The notes below the pieces were generated by a model that was given only the letters and a program-made list of their open reading frames with translations, did no database searches and was not told the DNA's origin. A stretch of 64,000 nt of DNA from Chitinophagaceae bacterium PMP191F (GTDB taxonomy: Bacteria; Bacteroidota; Bacteroidia; Chitinophagales; Chitinophagaceae), in contig LGYU01000015.1 of NCBI GenBank assembly GCA_001302245.1, forward strand, positions 96,744 through 160,743, given 5' to 3'. How positions within the stretch are numbered: the stretch's first letter is position 1; every line of letters starts with the position of its first letter. This document shows positions 39,943 to 49,309 of this stretch, piece after piece. A program made the position numbers and the translations under genes.

Positions 39943-40728
39943 TCAGAACACCTCTTTCATCTCCACATCCGGCAAAGTCTTATCAATGCGGCGGGACAGT
40001 TCGGGCAGCTTGCTGGTAGGTACTTGGGGAAACAGATGGTGTTCGAGGTGGTAAAACATCTGGTAGGTGAAGAAGTTTTTCCACCGGCTGCGTTGCGTGC
40101 GGGCAAAGACCTCTTCATCACAGTCATGGTGTACGGTCCATACGGCAAAAAAACTGGTCATACATTCACCAATGAGCATTGCGATGAGATGATACTGTAG
40201 AAAACGGATATGGAATGTGCACACTATTGTGATAAATACAGCTACAGCCAGCAATTCCGTAATTACATTTCTTATTACTGTGCTGTTGCCGGATCTTAAT
40301 GCAGTGACATGCAATTGTACAATAAATACAGGTCCGTACAAGATGGCTTTCCATGCAGGCATGCGCGCGCATCTGCCTTCTATATCTTCATCGTTCAGAC
40401 AGTGTTTGTGATGACGCAGGTGATTGTACTTAACTGCATGCATGGATGCCAGCATTAGCATGCTATTGAGAAAAAGAACACACCAGGTTAAACCCCGGCT
40501 GATGCCCAGCGTATAATGAAATCCATTGTGCACCTGTCGCAATGCAGTAAGAAAGAACATAAAGGAACATGGAACAGCAAACCAGTACAATTCATACCAG
40601 GCCAGTATCCAGGATGCAGTGATCCAGGGAGCACTCACTGCATTTTCAACAAAGACATCTTTGGGTGAAAGACGCGTAAGGTCTTGCCAGCGGATATCTT
40701 TTAACCGCGGATCATGCAGAATATTCAT
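39943..40728 (-). CDS. Membrane fatty-acid desaturase / hydroxylase-family di-iron enzyme (possibly CrtW/sphingolipid-desaturase-like)
   Basis: Histidine boxes HLRHHKH and HHLFPQVP. Four TM segments. Confidence 0.6.
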   Translation of the reverse strand: MNILHDPRLKDIRWQDLTRLSPKDVFVENAVSAPWITASWILAWYELYWFAVPCSFMFFLTALRQVHNGFHYTLGISRGLTWCVLFLNSMLMLASMHAVKYNHLRHHKHCLNDEDIEGRCARMPAWKAILYGPVFIVQLHVTALRSGNSTVIRNVITELLAVAVFITIVCTFHIRFLQYHLIAMLIGECMTSFFAVWTVHHDCDEEVFARTQRSRWKNFFTYQMFYHLEHHLFPQVPTSKLPELSRRIDKTLPDVEMKEVF

Positions 40729-40739
40729 GACAAAAAGTT

Positions 40740-41843
40740 TTAAAAAAGATGGTAACGGCTGCGGGGAGTATTGTGTACAATATCCTGAAGTGCGTCTTCC
40801 AGCTTATTGTATTTAAAGCGGAAACCGGTTTGTTGTAACCGGGCAGGAAGCACCCAACGACTTTTCAGGATCAGTTCTGTTTCGGTACCCATCAGTGCTG
40901 CGCCTATTTCCAGCAAAGCTGCAGGCGCAGGCAATGCTGCTTTACAACCTGTAAGTTTGCGTAGGGTTTGCATAAATGTTTTGTTGGTAACTGGGGCGGG
41001 TGCTGCACAGTTGTAGATGCCTTCCATGTCCGGATGTTCATAACACCATTCAATAGTGCGACAGAAATCTTCTACATGCAGCCAGCTATACATTTGTTGC
41101 CCATCTCCCTGGTGACCACCCAGACCAAATTTCAAGAGGTTGAAATAAGGTTCCATTACACCACCATCACCCAATGTGATGGCAGTACGCAAAGCGATCT
41201 TGCGTGTAAAGGGCGTACGTTGTAACAGGAAAGCGTTCTCCCATTCCCTGCATACTTTTACTGAAAAATCAAGTGTAGGTGCCTGGTATTGTTCAGAATA
41301 TTTGCCATATACAATGTGTGCCAGCAACTGTTTCCATCTTGTACGGCATTGATCAAGGAATGAATAAGGCATATTGTCTTTTTTCCAGGGACTGATCTCC
41401 CCGGTAAACTCATCCTGTGGCTTGTCAGTAGCATTGCGGTAAATAGTGGCAGAAGCTGCATTGATCCAGAGTTTAGGCGGAGTAATGGTTTGACGGATCG
41501 CCTCACCAATGGTATTGGTAGCATCTATGCGGCTGTTGATGACCTCTGTCATTTGTTTTTCATGATACCGGCAGTTTACTGATTTCCCTGCCAGGTTGAT
41601 CACAATGTCTGCAGCTTCCAGGTCATTGAGCCAGTGTTTTTCTACGGTTTTACCATCCCAGCGCCAGTAAGTGATGTTATATCCTTCTGCTGCCTGTACA
41701 AGTTTTTTATTGTAATTATTGTTATGTGCATGTACTGCCTGACGGGTAAAAATGATAACATGGTTTTCTTTGCCAAAATACCTGGCCAGCTCCTGTCCTA
41801 TAAAACCGGTACCGCCGGCAATGACAATTTTTTTTTGTTTCAT
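40740..41843 (-). CDS. TIGR01777-family NAD-dependent epimerase-like protein (SDR39U1 / DUF1731 C-terminus)
   Basis: Rossmann motif IVIAGGTGFIGQEL at the preferred start 41843 (MKQKKIV). C-terminal DUF1731-like tail. Confidence 0.7.
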   Translation of the reverse strand: MKQKKIVIAGGTGFIGQELARYFGKENHVIIFTRQAVHAHNNNYNKKLVQAAEGYNITYWRWDGKTVEKHWLNDLEAADIVINLAGKSVNCRYHEKQMTEVINSRIDATNTIGEAIRQTITPPKLWINAASATIYRNATDKPQDEFTGEISPWKKDNMPYSFLDQCRTRWKQLLAHIVYGKYSEQYQAPTLDFSVKVCREWENAFLLQRTPFTRKIALRTAITLGDGGVMEPYFNLLKFGLGGHQGDGQQMYSWLHVEDFCRTIEWCYEHPDMEGIYNCAAPAPVTNKTFMQTLRKLTGCKAALPAPAALLEIGAALMGTETELILKSRWVLPARLQQTGFRFKYNKLEDALQDIVHNTPRSRYHLF

Positions 41844-41884
41844 AGCCCTGTATTTAGGGGTTAAATAATGTTTGGTAGCACAGA

Positions 41885-42262
41885 TCAATACTGGGCACCT
41901 TGTGTATGTGAGCGTTGGTGATCTGCTTTTTTACGCAGCCTGAAAAGAATAAACATATTCATAAAATGCATACAGCCAAGAATGAGTATGATGGCGCCGA
42001 TCTTGATGCTCAGGCCTTCAATAATATCCTGTGCAGTAATGATGGCTCTGTGTACCTGTAATGTGTATATCGCATAGCCGATATTGATGAGATAAAAACC
42101 TGTAAGCAATAGCTTGTTTACTGCCGTTGCCAGTGTGGTATTACCGTGGAAGATATCTACCAGGAATACATGTCCATTACGAAAAAGCGTGTGGGCTACC
42201 CAGATAGTAAGTGCCAGGGTTACTGCCAGGTAAATGGTATAAGCCAGAACGATGTAGCTCAT
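41885..42262 (-). CDS. Small 3-4 TM membrane protein of unknown function
   Basis: 125 aa, hydrophobic. Confidence 0.4.
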   Translation of the reverse strand: MSYIVLAYTIYLAVTLALTIWVAHTLFRNGHVFLVDIFHGNTTLATAVNKLLLTGFYLINIGYAIYTLQVHRAIITAQDIIEGLSIKIGAIILILGCMHFMNMFILFRLRKKADHQRSHTQGAQY

Positions 42263-42359
42263 ATAATTTTATTTTATTATTAATGAATATTTTGAATTTT
42301 CAGTAAAAATTGAAATATTGAAGCTTTAAAAAAAGCGGGTGGCCGCTTTTGTATTGATA

Positions 42360-42866
42360 TTATTTGAAAAATCTCATCAGGCTGCTGATAAACCAGTTCT
42401 CGTCAGCTTTTACCATTACATCCAGCATTTTATCTGCCTGCTGACCGAAACGTTTAATGCCATTGATAGTTTCTGTAAACTGTTTTACATCTTTGTCTTT
42501 TTTATCGCCTTCTACATCTTCCAACTGGCCCATCAGTTTCATCATAGGATCCAGTTCGCGTTTTTTTCTTTCCTTAATGATCTGTGTGGCTACTTTCCAG
42601 ATATCTTTTTCGGCAGTAAAATATTCTTTTCTTTCACCGGGAATCAATACTCTTTCTACCAGCCCCCAGTCAATCAATTCACGGATATTCATGTTTACAT
42701 TACCACGGCTGATCTTTAGTTCTTCCATCACTTCATCCTGGCTCAACGGGTCTGCGCTTACCATCAGTAATGCATGTATCTGTGCCATAGTGCGATTAAT
42801 ACCCCAGTAGGTTCCGAATACTCCCCACGAATTAATGAACTGTGCCTTTGCTTCTGCCAATTTCAT
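42360..42866 (-). CDS. GbsR/MarR-family winged-helix transcriptional regulator
   Basis: NSWGVFGTYWGINRTMAQIHALLMVS...LSQDEVMEELKISRGNVNMNIRELIDWGLVERV matches the GbsR-type HTH. Confidence 0.7.
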   Translation of the reverse strand: MKLAEAKAQFINSWGVFGTYWGINRTMAQIHALLMVSADPLSQDEVMEELKISRGNVNMNIRELIDWGLVERVLIPGERKEYFTAEKDIWKVATQIIKERKKRELDPMMKLMGQLEDVEGDKKDKDVKQFTETINGIKRFGQQADKMLDVMVKADENWFISSLMRFFK

Positions 42867-42973
42867 TCAACTGCTGTTTATACTGTAAAGGTATAAGTTG
42901 TTTTTGAATTTTCAAAACTTTTTGAAAATATATGAATCCGGTAAATACAAGACCTGGTTTTGAGCTTTAATAT

Positions 42974-44113
42974 TCAATAAGGAGCTCCGTGTGTCTGGCG
43001 GATAAGCCATGAAACAAATTTCGGGAAAGGTTTCACTGTTGAGATCAGAAAACCCGATAAAGCATTGTTGCCAAAAAAGCGTTGTATGATCCTGCCGGCC
43101 TGTAAGCGACGCCCGAATTTACGTTCCCATTGCTGGGTGTATTGCAGTTCCATTTCATAGCGGCTGATATTACCCAGCAGGAATGATTGTATCTCTTCAA
43201 AAGCCAGTTTGCTGGCGTGTAATGCCATACTCATACCATTGCCACACAATGGGGTGATCATACCGGCAGCATCGCCCAGCATCAGCACATGGTTCTCCAC
43301 CTGTGTTTTGGAATTGAAAGAAATGCGTGAAATGGTAAGTGGCTCTTCGTACAGGAATGCTGCTTTTGTAAATATCTCTTTCAGAAAAGGATTTTTCATC
43401 AGGATATTTTGCTCCATCTGTGCAATATCATTGTGATTGTTACGCAGGTTGGCGGCGGTAGTGAGATAGCAAAGGCAATATTTATCGTCTTCGATCCGGG
43501 AGATACCACAGTAACCATTGTCGAAGTTGTGCAATGCGATCAGGTCTGACGGAAGGTCAATTTTTACATGATATTTTACAGCTACATAATGATTGAGCTT
43601 GCTGGGTTTTACCTGTGTAAACTGTCGTTTCCATTTGGCATCCAGGTTACTGCGTTTGCCATAAGTACCGGCTACTACGCTGGCGGCTGTTTCTCCCTGG
43701 CTGGTAAACAGAGTAAATGCGCCATTGCTATAGATTACGTTGTTTACCTTGGTATTTTCCTGTACAGCTACACCTTCTTTGCGTGCAATGTCTGCCAGCA
43801 TATTATCAATGGTATACCGGCTGATGCCAATACCACCCAGCGGTAATGTACTTTCCAGTGCTTTTCCATCTGGTGAGCTGACCAGAATGCGGCTGATCAC
43901 CGGCAATTGCATATCGCTTAACGGAATGCCCAACTCCTGTAGAAAGTTCCAGTTTTCGAGGCTGATGTATTCGCCACATACCTTGTGAAAGGGATACTGC
44001 TCTTTTTCAAAGAGCACGGTACGGTATCCTGCACGCGCACACTGGATGGATAACGCCAGCCCGGCAAGCCCGCCACCAACAATCGCCACATCATATTTAG
44101 ATTCTGTGATCAA
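42974..44113 (-). CDS. FAD-dependent oxidoreductase (geranylgeranyl-reductase / UbiH-like flavoprotein)
   Basis: GxGxxG Rossmann motif YDVAIVGGGLAGLALS. The block VCGEYIS is typical of the geranylgeranyl-reductase family. 379 aa. Confidence 0.75.
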   Translation of the reverse strand: MITESKYDVAIVGGGLAGLALSIQCARAGYRTVLFEKEQYPFHKVCGEYISLENWNFLQELGIPLSDMQLPVISRILVSSPDGKALESTLPLGGIGISRYTIDNMLADIARKEGVAVQENTKVNNVIYSNGAFTLFTSQGETAASVVAGTYGKRSNLDAKWKRQFTQVKPSKLNHYVAVKYHVKIDLPSDLIALHNFDNGYCGISRIEDDKYCLCYLTTAANLRNNHNDIAQMEQNILMKNPFLKEIFTKAAFLYEEPLTISRISFNSKTQVENHVLMLGDAAGMITPLCGNGMSMALHASKLAFEEIQSFLLGNISRYEMELQYTQQWERKFGRRLQAGRIIQRFFGNNALSGFLISTVKPFPKFVSWLIRQTHGAPY

Positions 44114-44218
44114 GGTACATGAATAATTATAATGGTGTTAGCTGCCTTTAACAGCATACATGGATAAAGGTTTGTGAGTATGTTGTAACAAAATACAATG
44201 CAGATATTTAATACACTG

Positions 44219-44917
44219 TTAAATTGAAGTTACTGTGATCAGCCAGCGGAACGCCCATTTCCAGTGGAGCGAAAAGTTAGCGATTCCTGCTGTATGTAAC
44301 AATTCCTGCCATTCTTTTTTTGAGAATCCACGTGCTACTGATAACGGAGCATCGTTTTTTACCAGGTAGCTTTTTGAAAACAATGCAGTCAGGTATTTTA
44401 TAGAATAATAGGCCAGTGTGTGCCGGTGCAGATCGTTTATGAAAAAACCAATGCGTGCATGCGCCTGCATCCAGCGCAATTGCTCAGTCAATACATTTTC
44501 TGTAAAATGGTGACAGAAAAGTGACGAGAAAATAATATCCGGCTGTTGCTCAAACTGAACATTTCTGTAATCGGAAGTAACGATCGTGGATTTTTCGCGG
44601 GGAAGACGTTGTATGGCTACGCCTGTGCAAAAAGGATTGCTGTCAATTCCGGTTACTGTAGCCTGTATATTGTTTTTGCTGCACCATTTTAAAATGGCCT
44701 GAAGATTATCTCCACCACCGCACCCGATCTCACAGATACTGACGGTGGTTTTTCCGGAAGCAGATAACAGTGCTTTAAATCCTGTTAACGTAATGGCATG
44801 ACCACCTAGCCATGTATTGATAAAATCCAGTTCCTGCATATTACGACGGATATCTTCCTGCGGAATATCATCGCGGTCAAGTAATTCAGACTGATATGAA
44901 CGATGTGTAAGATCCAT
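44219..44917 (-). CDS. Class I SAM-dependent methyltransferase
   Basis: Motif I ICEIGCGGGDNL, post-I, and motif II regions. 232 aa. Confidence 0.7.
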   Translation of the reverse strand: MDLTHRSYQSELLDRDDIPQEDIRRNMQELDFINTWLGGHAITLTGFKALLSASGKTTVSICEIGCGGGDNLQAILKWCSKNNIQATVTGIDSNPFCTGVAIQRLPREKSTIVTSDYRNVQFEQQPDIIFSSLFCHHFTENVLTEQLRWMQAHARIGFFINDLHRHTLAYYSIKYLTALFSKSYLVKNDAPLSVARGFSKKEWQELLHTAGIANFSLHWKWAFRWLITVTSI

Positions 44918-44935
44918 GTATGCAAAAAAGGTCTT

Positions 44936-46039
44936 TTACAGACCGGATGCCGAAGCTACAAATGTTTCCATGGTCAATCCTGGTCCGAATGCCGCGCCAA
45001 AGATCGTTTCTTTTGCAGCGTTTTGTTTGCCGATGGATTGCATGATCTTTTTCAAAACAAACAGGATAGTGGGTGAAGACATATTGCCATACTCAGCTAA
45101 TACATCGTAACTGGCATTCAGTTCGTCATTTTGCAGATGCAGGCTTTTTTGAATGGCTTCCAGTATTTTTTTTCCGCCGGGATGCATGCACCAGCGGGTT
45201 ACTTGCTGGGTTGTAATACCTGCTTTGGCAAAAGCGCTGGCCGCCAGTTTATCAAAATCTTCTTCGATCAGGTCGGGCACATAACCACTCAGCGTCATTA
45301 AGAAACCGGAAGAAGAAAGTTCCCATGCCATATCCTGTTTGCCTTTGGAAACCACCTCGGAATAAAAACTATCAATATGTAAACCCCTGGCGGCATGATT
45401 GTCTGAGGAAACCACTACTGCTGCACTGCCATCTGAGAACAGCAGGCTTGATGCAATATTGTCAATAGTGCCTTCGCGTTGAAAATGCAAGGTGCACAGT
45501 TCAGTACAAACGATCAATACATTGGCACAGGGCTCGCTTTTGCAAATGGCATCTGCAATTTGCAGTGCGTGGATAGCTGCATAGCATCCCATAAAGTTTA
45601 CTGATGTACGAAAGGTGTTGCGGGGTAAGTCCAGCAGTTCCATCAATTGTAGTTCCAGGCCGGGTGCACTCATTCCTGTACAGCTTACTGTAATGAGGTG
45701 CGTGATCTCTTCTTTTTTGAGCTTTCCATCCAGGCAATCCCTGATGGCGTTTAGGGACAATGGCGCGGCATATTTGTGATACCAGGCCATCCGCTGTTCC
45801 AGTGAAGGGAACGGCTCGATATTTTCGGTATGTGGGTAGAATTTCCATTCCGGCAACGGGCGACTGTAATCGGGAATAACAGAATAGCGGGTCTGGATAC
45901 CGCTGTGGTGATACAAAAAACGTAGTTTACGTTTCTCTGCCTCATCAAATGTATACACCTGTTGCATGAACTGCAGAATATCTTCCTGCCTGTGTTTAAA
46001 AGCTGCTACTGCTGTACCTATCGAAATAATTTTACTCAA
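44936..46039 (-). CDS. Type III polyketide synthase (chalcone/stilbene-synthase superfamily; alkylresorcinol/alkylpyrone-synthase-like)
   Basis: Catalytic triad in its canonical contexts: Cys in VNFMGCYAAIHAL, His in CMHPGGKKILEAI, Asn in GNMSSPTILFVL. C-terminal GFGPG-like FGPGLT. Confidence 0.85.
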   Translation of the reverse strand: MSKIISIGTAVAAFKHRQEDILQFMQQVYTFDEAEKRKLRFLYHHSGIQTRYSVIPDYSRPLPEWKFYPHTENIEPFPSLEQRMAWYHKYAAPLSLNAIRDCLDGKLKKEEITHLITVSCTGMSAPGLELQLMELLDLPRNTFRTSVNFMGCYAAIHALQIADAICKSEPCANVLIVCTELCTLHFQREGTIDNIASSLLFSDGSAAVVVSSDNHAARGLHIDSFYSEVVSKGKQDMAWELSSSGFLMTLSGYVPDLIEEDFDKLAASAFAKAGITTQQVTRWCMHPGGKKILEAIQKSLHLQNDELNASYDVLAEYGNMSSPTILFVLKKIMQSIGKQNAAKETIFGAAFGPGLTMETFVASASGL

Positions 46040-46042
46040 ACG

Positions 46043-46996
46043 CTACCTCCGGATTAACAAGATCAGAAATGCTACATTGGTGCAAACAGATGCCAGTATG
46101 TTCATTCGCATGGTATTAGCAAAACTGGCGGCAGTTTCCTGTTTCCATACTTTGGCAAACCATATAAAAAAATATACGACAACAGGCAGCATAACAGTTG
46201 CCAGGATCACAAAATTTATTTGTGCATGCCGGCTGCTGAACCAGTAAAAAAGGCTACCCATTGCCAGTACATACATGATGCCGGTTAAAAAAAATGTGCC
46301 ACGATAGCCTAGTACAGAACTGATTGTACGCACACCATCCTTACGATCGGCCTCGTGCTGGTAGATCTGGGTAAGTGGATAAAAACCACCGATCAACAGC
46401 GAAGAGGCTACCATTCCTGAAATGGGTACATCGGTAGTAAGGTTTACACTACTGCCGTGATATACCAGGAAAAACGTAACGGCACCCTGGAAGATCACTA
46501 CTGTCAGGTAACCTGTTACCGGGTATTGTTTCAGGCGTATGTCCCGGTAACTGTAAGCCCGTGATGCAAGGATATAGGCAACAATACCGGTTGTAAAAAC
46601 AATACTGACCAGGGTGCCCAGTAAAATAGCAACAATATCCATTGCCACACTGGTATAAAACAATTGTCTGGTAGGCTGCATAGGATTCCGGATGCCGCCA
46701 ATACTGCCCTCATCTCTATCCATGTACGAATTGTATCCATTGCTGGAGGGATATACCAGCAGGTGTAGTATAATAAATACCAGCAATGCCCGTACAGTAT
46801 GAATGTGTGGTACCTGGCTCAGTGCAAACAGGTACACTGGCATCAGGAAAAATGAAAAATGAAAACGAAGTAATTGTATAGTTGAACGTTGTAACACTGG
46901 TTTAAGGTAAGAAAAAAATGTGTTGCATCGCCGGGATATAAAAAAAGCGGCGCTGTTGTAACAGCCGCCGCTTAGAGTATTGTAAAAAAGTAACAA
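46043..46996 (-). CDS. UbiA-family integral-membrane aromatic prenyltransferase
   Basis: 8-9 TM helices. Asp-rich motif NGYNSYMDRDEG in the first cytoplasmic loop, with a second Asp-containing loop (YQHEADRKDG). The N-terminus may be over-extended; the ORF abuts the flotillin stop. Confidence 0.65.
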   Translation of the reverse strand: MLLFYNTLSGGCYNSAAFFISRRCNTFFSYLKPVLQRSTIQLLRFHFSFFLMPVYLFALSQVPHIHTVRALLVFIILHLLVYPSSNGYNSYMDRDEGSIGGIRNPMQPTRQLFYTSVAMDIVAILLGTLVSIVFTTGIVAYILASRAYSYRDIRLKQYPVTGYLTVVIFQGAVTFFLVYHGSSVNLTTDVPISGMVASSLLIGGFYPLTQIYQHEADRKDGVRTISSVLGYRGTFFLTGIMYVLAMGSLFYWFSSRHAQINFVILATVMLPVVVYFFIWFAKVWKQETAASFANTMRMNILASVCTNVAFLILLIRR

Positions 46997-48562
46997 TTAC
47001 TTGATCAGCTCAATTTCGTTTCCGTTTTGATTATCATCTTTTTTGTTGCCCAGGTAATTGGGAAGATCCATGCCTGCCATATCGAAAATGTCTTTCAGCG
47101 GTGGTACAGCTTTGTATAATCCTGAAACAAAATTGGCTGTAGCGTTTTTGCCATCGCCGTTTGTTCCATTTTCCCAAACAGTAATCTTATCGATCTTGAT
47201 ATTTTTGATAGCCTCTGTCTGCATTTTTACCAGTTCAGGCAGTTTATCTGAAACCAGTAACAGTACCGCATCTTTGGGATTGTTGCCGGCAGCCTTTACG
47301 ATTTTATCAAGACCTTCGGCCTGTTTGGTCAGTATTTCAAACATACCTCTTGCTTCAGCTTCCAGTTTGGCAAAAATAGCGTCTGCCTCGCCTTTGGCTT
47401 TTTCACGAATCCTTTCAGCTTCGGCCTGTGCTTCGATAATGGCTTTTTGCTTTTGTATCTCAGCAGATACCACTACGTTGGCTTTTTGTGATGCTCTTTC
47501 TCTTTCGGCCCTGGCAGCTTCTGCTTTCTGTTCGGCTAAATAGGCCTCTTCCAGTGCTTTTGCAGTTTGTACTTTTTCGGCAGCTGTTGCCCTTTTGGTA
47601 GCTTCTGCTTCTTTTTCGCGGCGTTCTGCTTCTGAGTTGGCAATCTGTATGCGTGCAAGGTTTTCACCCTGGATGGCAATAGAGTTGGCTTCGGCAGATT
47701 TGATACGGGTATCTCTGTCTGCTTCCACTTTACCGATCTGTTCGTCGCGTTTGGCGGCTGCGATCAGGATCTCTCTGTCTTTTGTAGCCAATGCGATCTG
47801 TGTATCGCGGTCACGTTGTGTTTCCGCAATCTTTACATCGCGCTCTTTCTGTGTCTGCTGCATGCTGGTATCACGTTCTCTTTCAGCAATAGCTTTACCG
47901 ATCTCACCAACTTTATCCTGTTCTGCCACACTTTTCTTGGCCTCGTTCAATGCTTTTGCAGCGGCTTCTTTACCCAGTGCCTCAATATAACCGCTTTCAT
48001 CTTTAATATCCGTTACGTTCACGTTGATCATTTTCAGACCTATCTTGTTCAGTTCTGCTTCAACGTTGGCGGCAATATTGGCCAGGAACTTATCGCGGTT
48101 GCTATTGATCTCTTCAATATCCATCATCGCTACTACCAAACGCATTTGTCCCAGGATGATGTCCCTTGACAGTTCGTGGATCTGGGCCTGCTGCAATCCC
48201 AGCAAACGTTCAGCGGCATTTTGCATTACACCGGGTTCTGTTGAAATGCCCACCGTAAAACGTGAAGGCACATCAACGCGGATATTTTGTTTACTCAGCG
48301 CATTGGTAAGATTTACCTCAATGGAAATGGGTGTTAAGTCCAGGAATGAATAATCCTGTATAATGGGCCAGATGAAAGCAGCACCGCCATGTATGCATTT
48401 GGCGGCCAGATTGCCATCTGAACCATCTTTTGATTTACCAACTTTTCCGTACACTACCAGGATGCGGTCACTGGGACAACGCTTGTAGCGCCGGAACATG
48501 GAAACAATAAGAATAAAAATAAACAATACCGAAGCGGCAATTGCTATCAGAATAAAATCCAT
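46997..48562 (-). CDS. Flotillin (SPFH/band-7 family, FloT-like)
   Basis: N-terminal TM helix, an SPFH domain, then a long Ala/Glu/Lys/Arg-rich coiled-coil (EAQAEAERIREKAKGEADAIFAKLEAEARG). 521 aa. Confidence 0.85.
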   Translation of the reverse strand: MDFILIAIAASVLFIFILIVSMFRRYKRCPSDRILVVYGKVGKSKDGSDGNLAAKCIHGGAAFIWPIIQDYSFLDLTPISIEVNLTNALSKQNIRVDVPSRFTVGISTEPGVMQNAAERLLGLQQAQIHELSRDIILGQMRLVVAMMDIEEINSNRDKFLANIAANVEAELNKIGLKMINVNVTDIKDESGYIEALGKEAAAKALNEAKKSVAEQDKVGEIGKAIAERERDTSMQQTQKERDVKIAETQRDRDTQIALATKDREILIAAAKRDEQIGKVEADRDTRIKSAEANSIAIQGENLARIQIANSEAERREKEAEATKRATAAEKVQTAKALEEAYLAEQKAEAARAERERASQKANVVVSAEIQKQKAIIEAQAEAERIREKAKGEADAIFAKLEAEARGMFEILTKQAEGLDKIVKAAGNNPKDAVLLLVSDKLPELVKMQTEAIKNIKIDKITVWENGTNGDGKNATANFVSGLYKAVPPLKDIFDMAGMDLPNYLGNKKDDNQNGNEIELIK

Positions 48563-48601
48563 AACAGGAGGGGTTTTAGCTATTCTTTTAAGAAGGGATT
48601 T

Positions 48602-49183
48602 TTATACTTTGCTCACCAGCAGAATACGATCGTCTACAACATCAATCACCTTAATGATCCTTCCGGTGGCAATGTCGTTTTCATCATCGGTCATGGCAGG
48701 CAATTCTTTTAATGCACCCTGAACCTTAACATGTACTTTGCCAAGTCCGTTGCGTTTTGCAGGAATGATAAGATAGGTATTGCCTATTTTATCTATGGCA
48801 TTGTTCAGTTCCAGGGTGCCGCTGTGTTTTAAGCGACCAACATTCCTGAATAAAAATGCCATGATCAGTATCATCAGTGAGCCGCCGGCAAAGGCAATGC
48901 CTATTGTAAAGATTTTACTCATGCCCACATTATAGCTGGCTATGCCAATCCATCCGAAAATGGTAAAGAAAGCAATGAGATTTTTAACGGTAAAAAACTG
49001 GTAACCGATACCACCGTCGTGATCTATTGCATGATCGGCGTCACCATCTGCACCGGCATCTGTATCTGCAAAAGAAAAAACGGTTTGTAAAAGGAATAAT
49101 AGTGAGAACAAAATGGCAATGATCCAGAATATCTTGTGAAACAACTCCATCGATTGCCACCAGGAAGAAACGTTCAATAACAT
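48602..49183 (-). CDS. NfeD-like membrane protein (flotillin-associated, YuaF/YqeZ type)
   Basis: Three or four TM helices followed by a C-terminal soluble beta-rich (OB-like) tail. Sits immediately upstream of flotillin, the canonical nfeD-floT arrangement. Confidence 0.55.
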   Translation of the reverse strand: MLLNVSSWWQSMELFHKIFWIIAILFSLLFLLQTVFSFADTDAGADGDADHAIDHDGGIGYQFFTVKNLIAFFTIFGWIGIASYNVGMSKIFTIGIAFAGGSLMILIMAFLFRNVGRLKHSGTLELNNAIDKIGNTYLIIPAKRNGLGKVHVKVQGALKELPAMTDDENDIATGRIIKVIDVVDDRILLVSKV

Positions 49184-49309
49184 GGTTGGTCAGGGTTTAT
49201 GGGCCGAAAATATACAAAAGATTCCTTCTGCAGGGGATTCCGTGAATTAAAAATGTACCAAAAGGACAGATGGCAGTAATGCGAAAAAAATGATATTTAT
49301 CTTGGTAGT

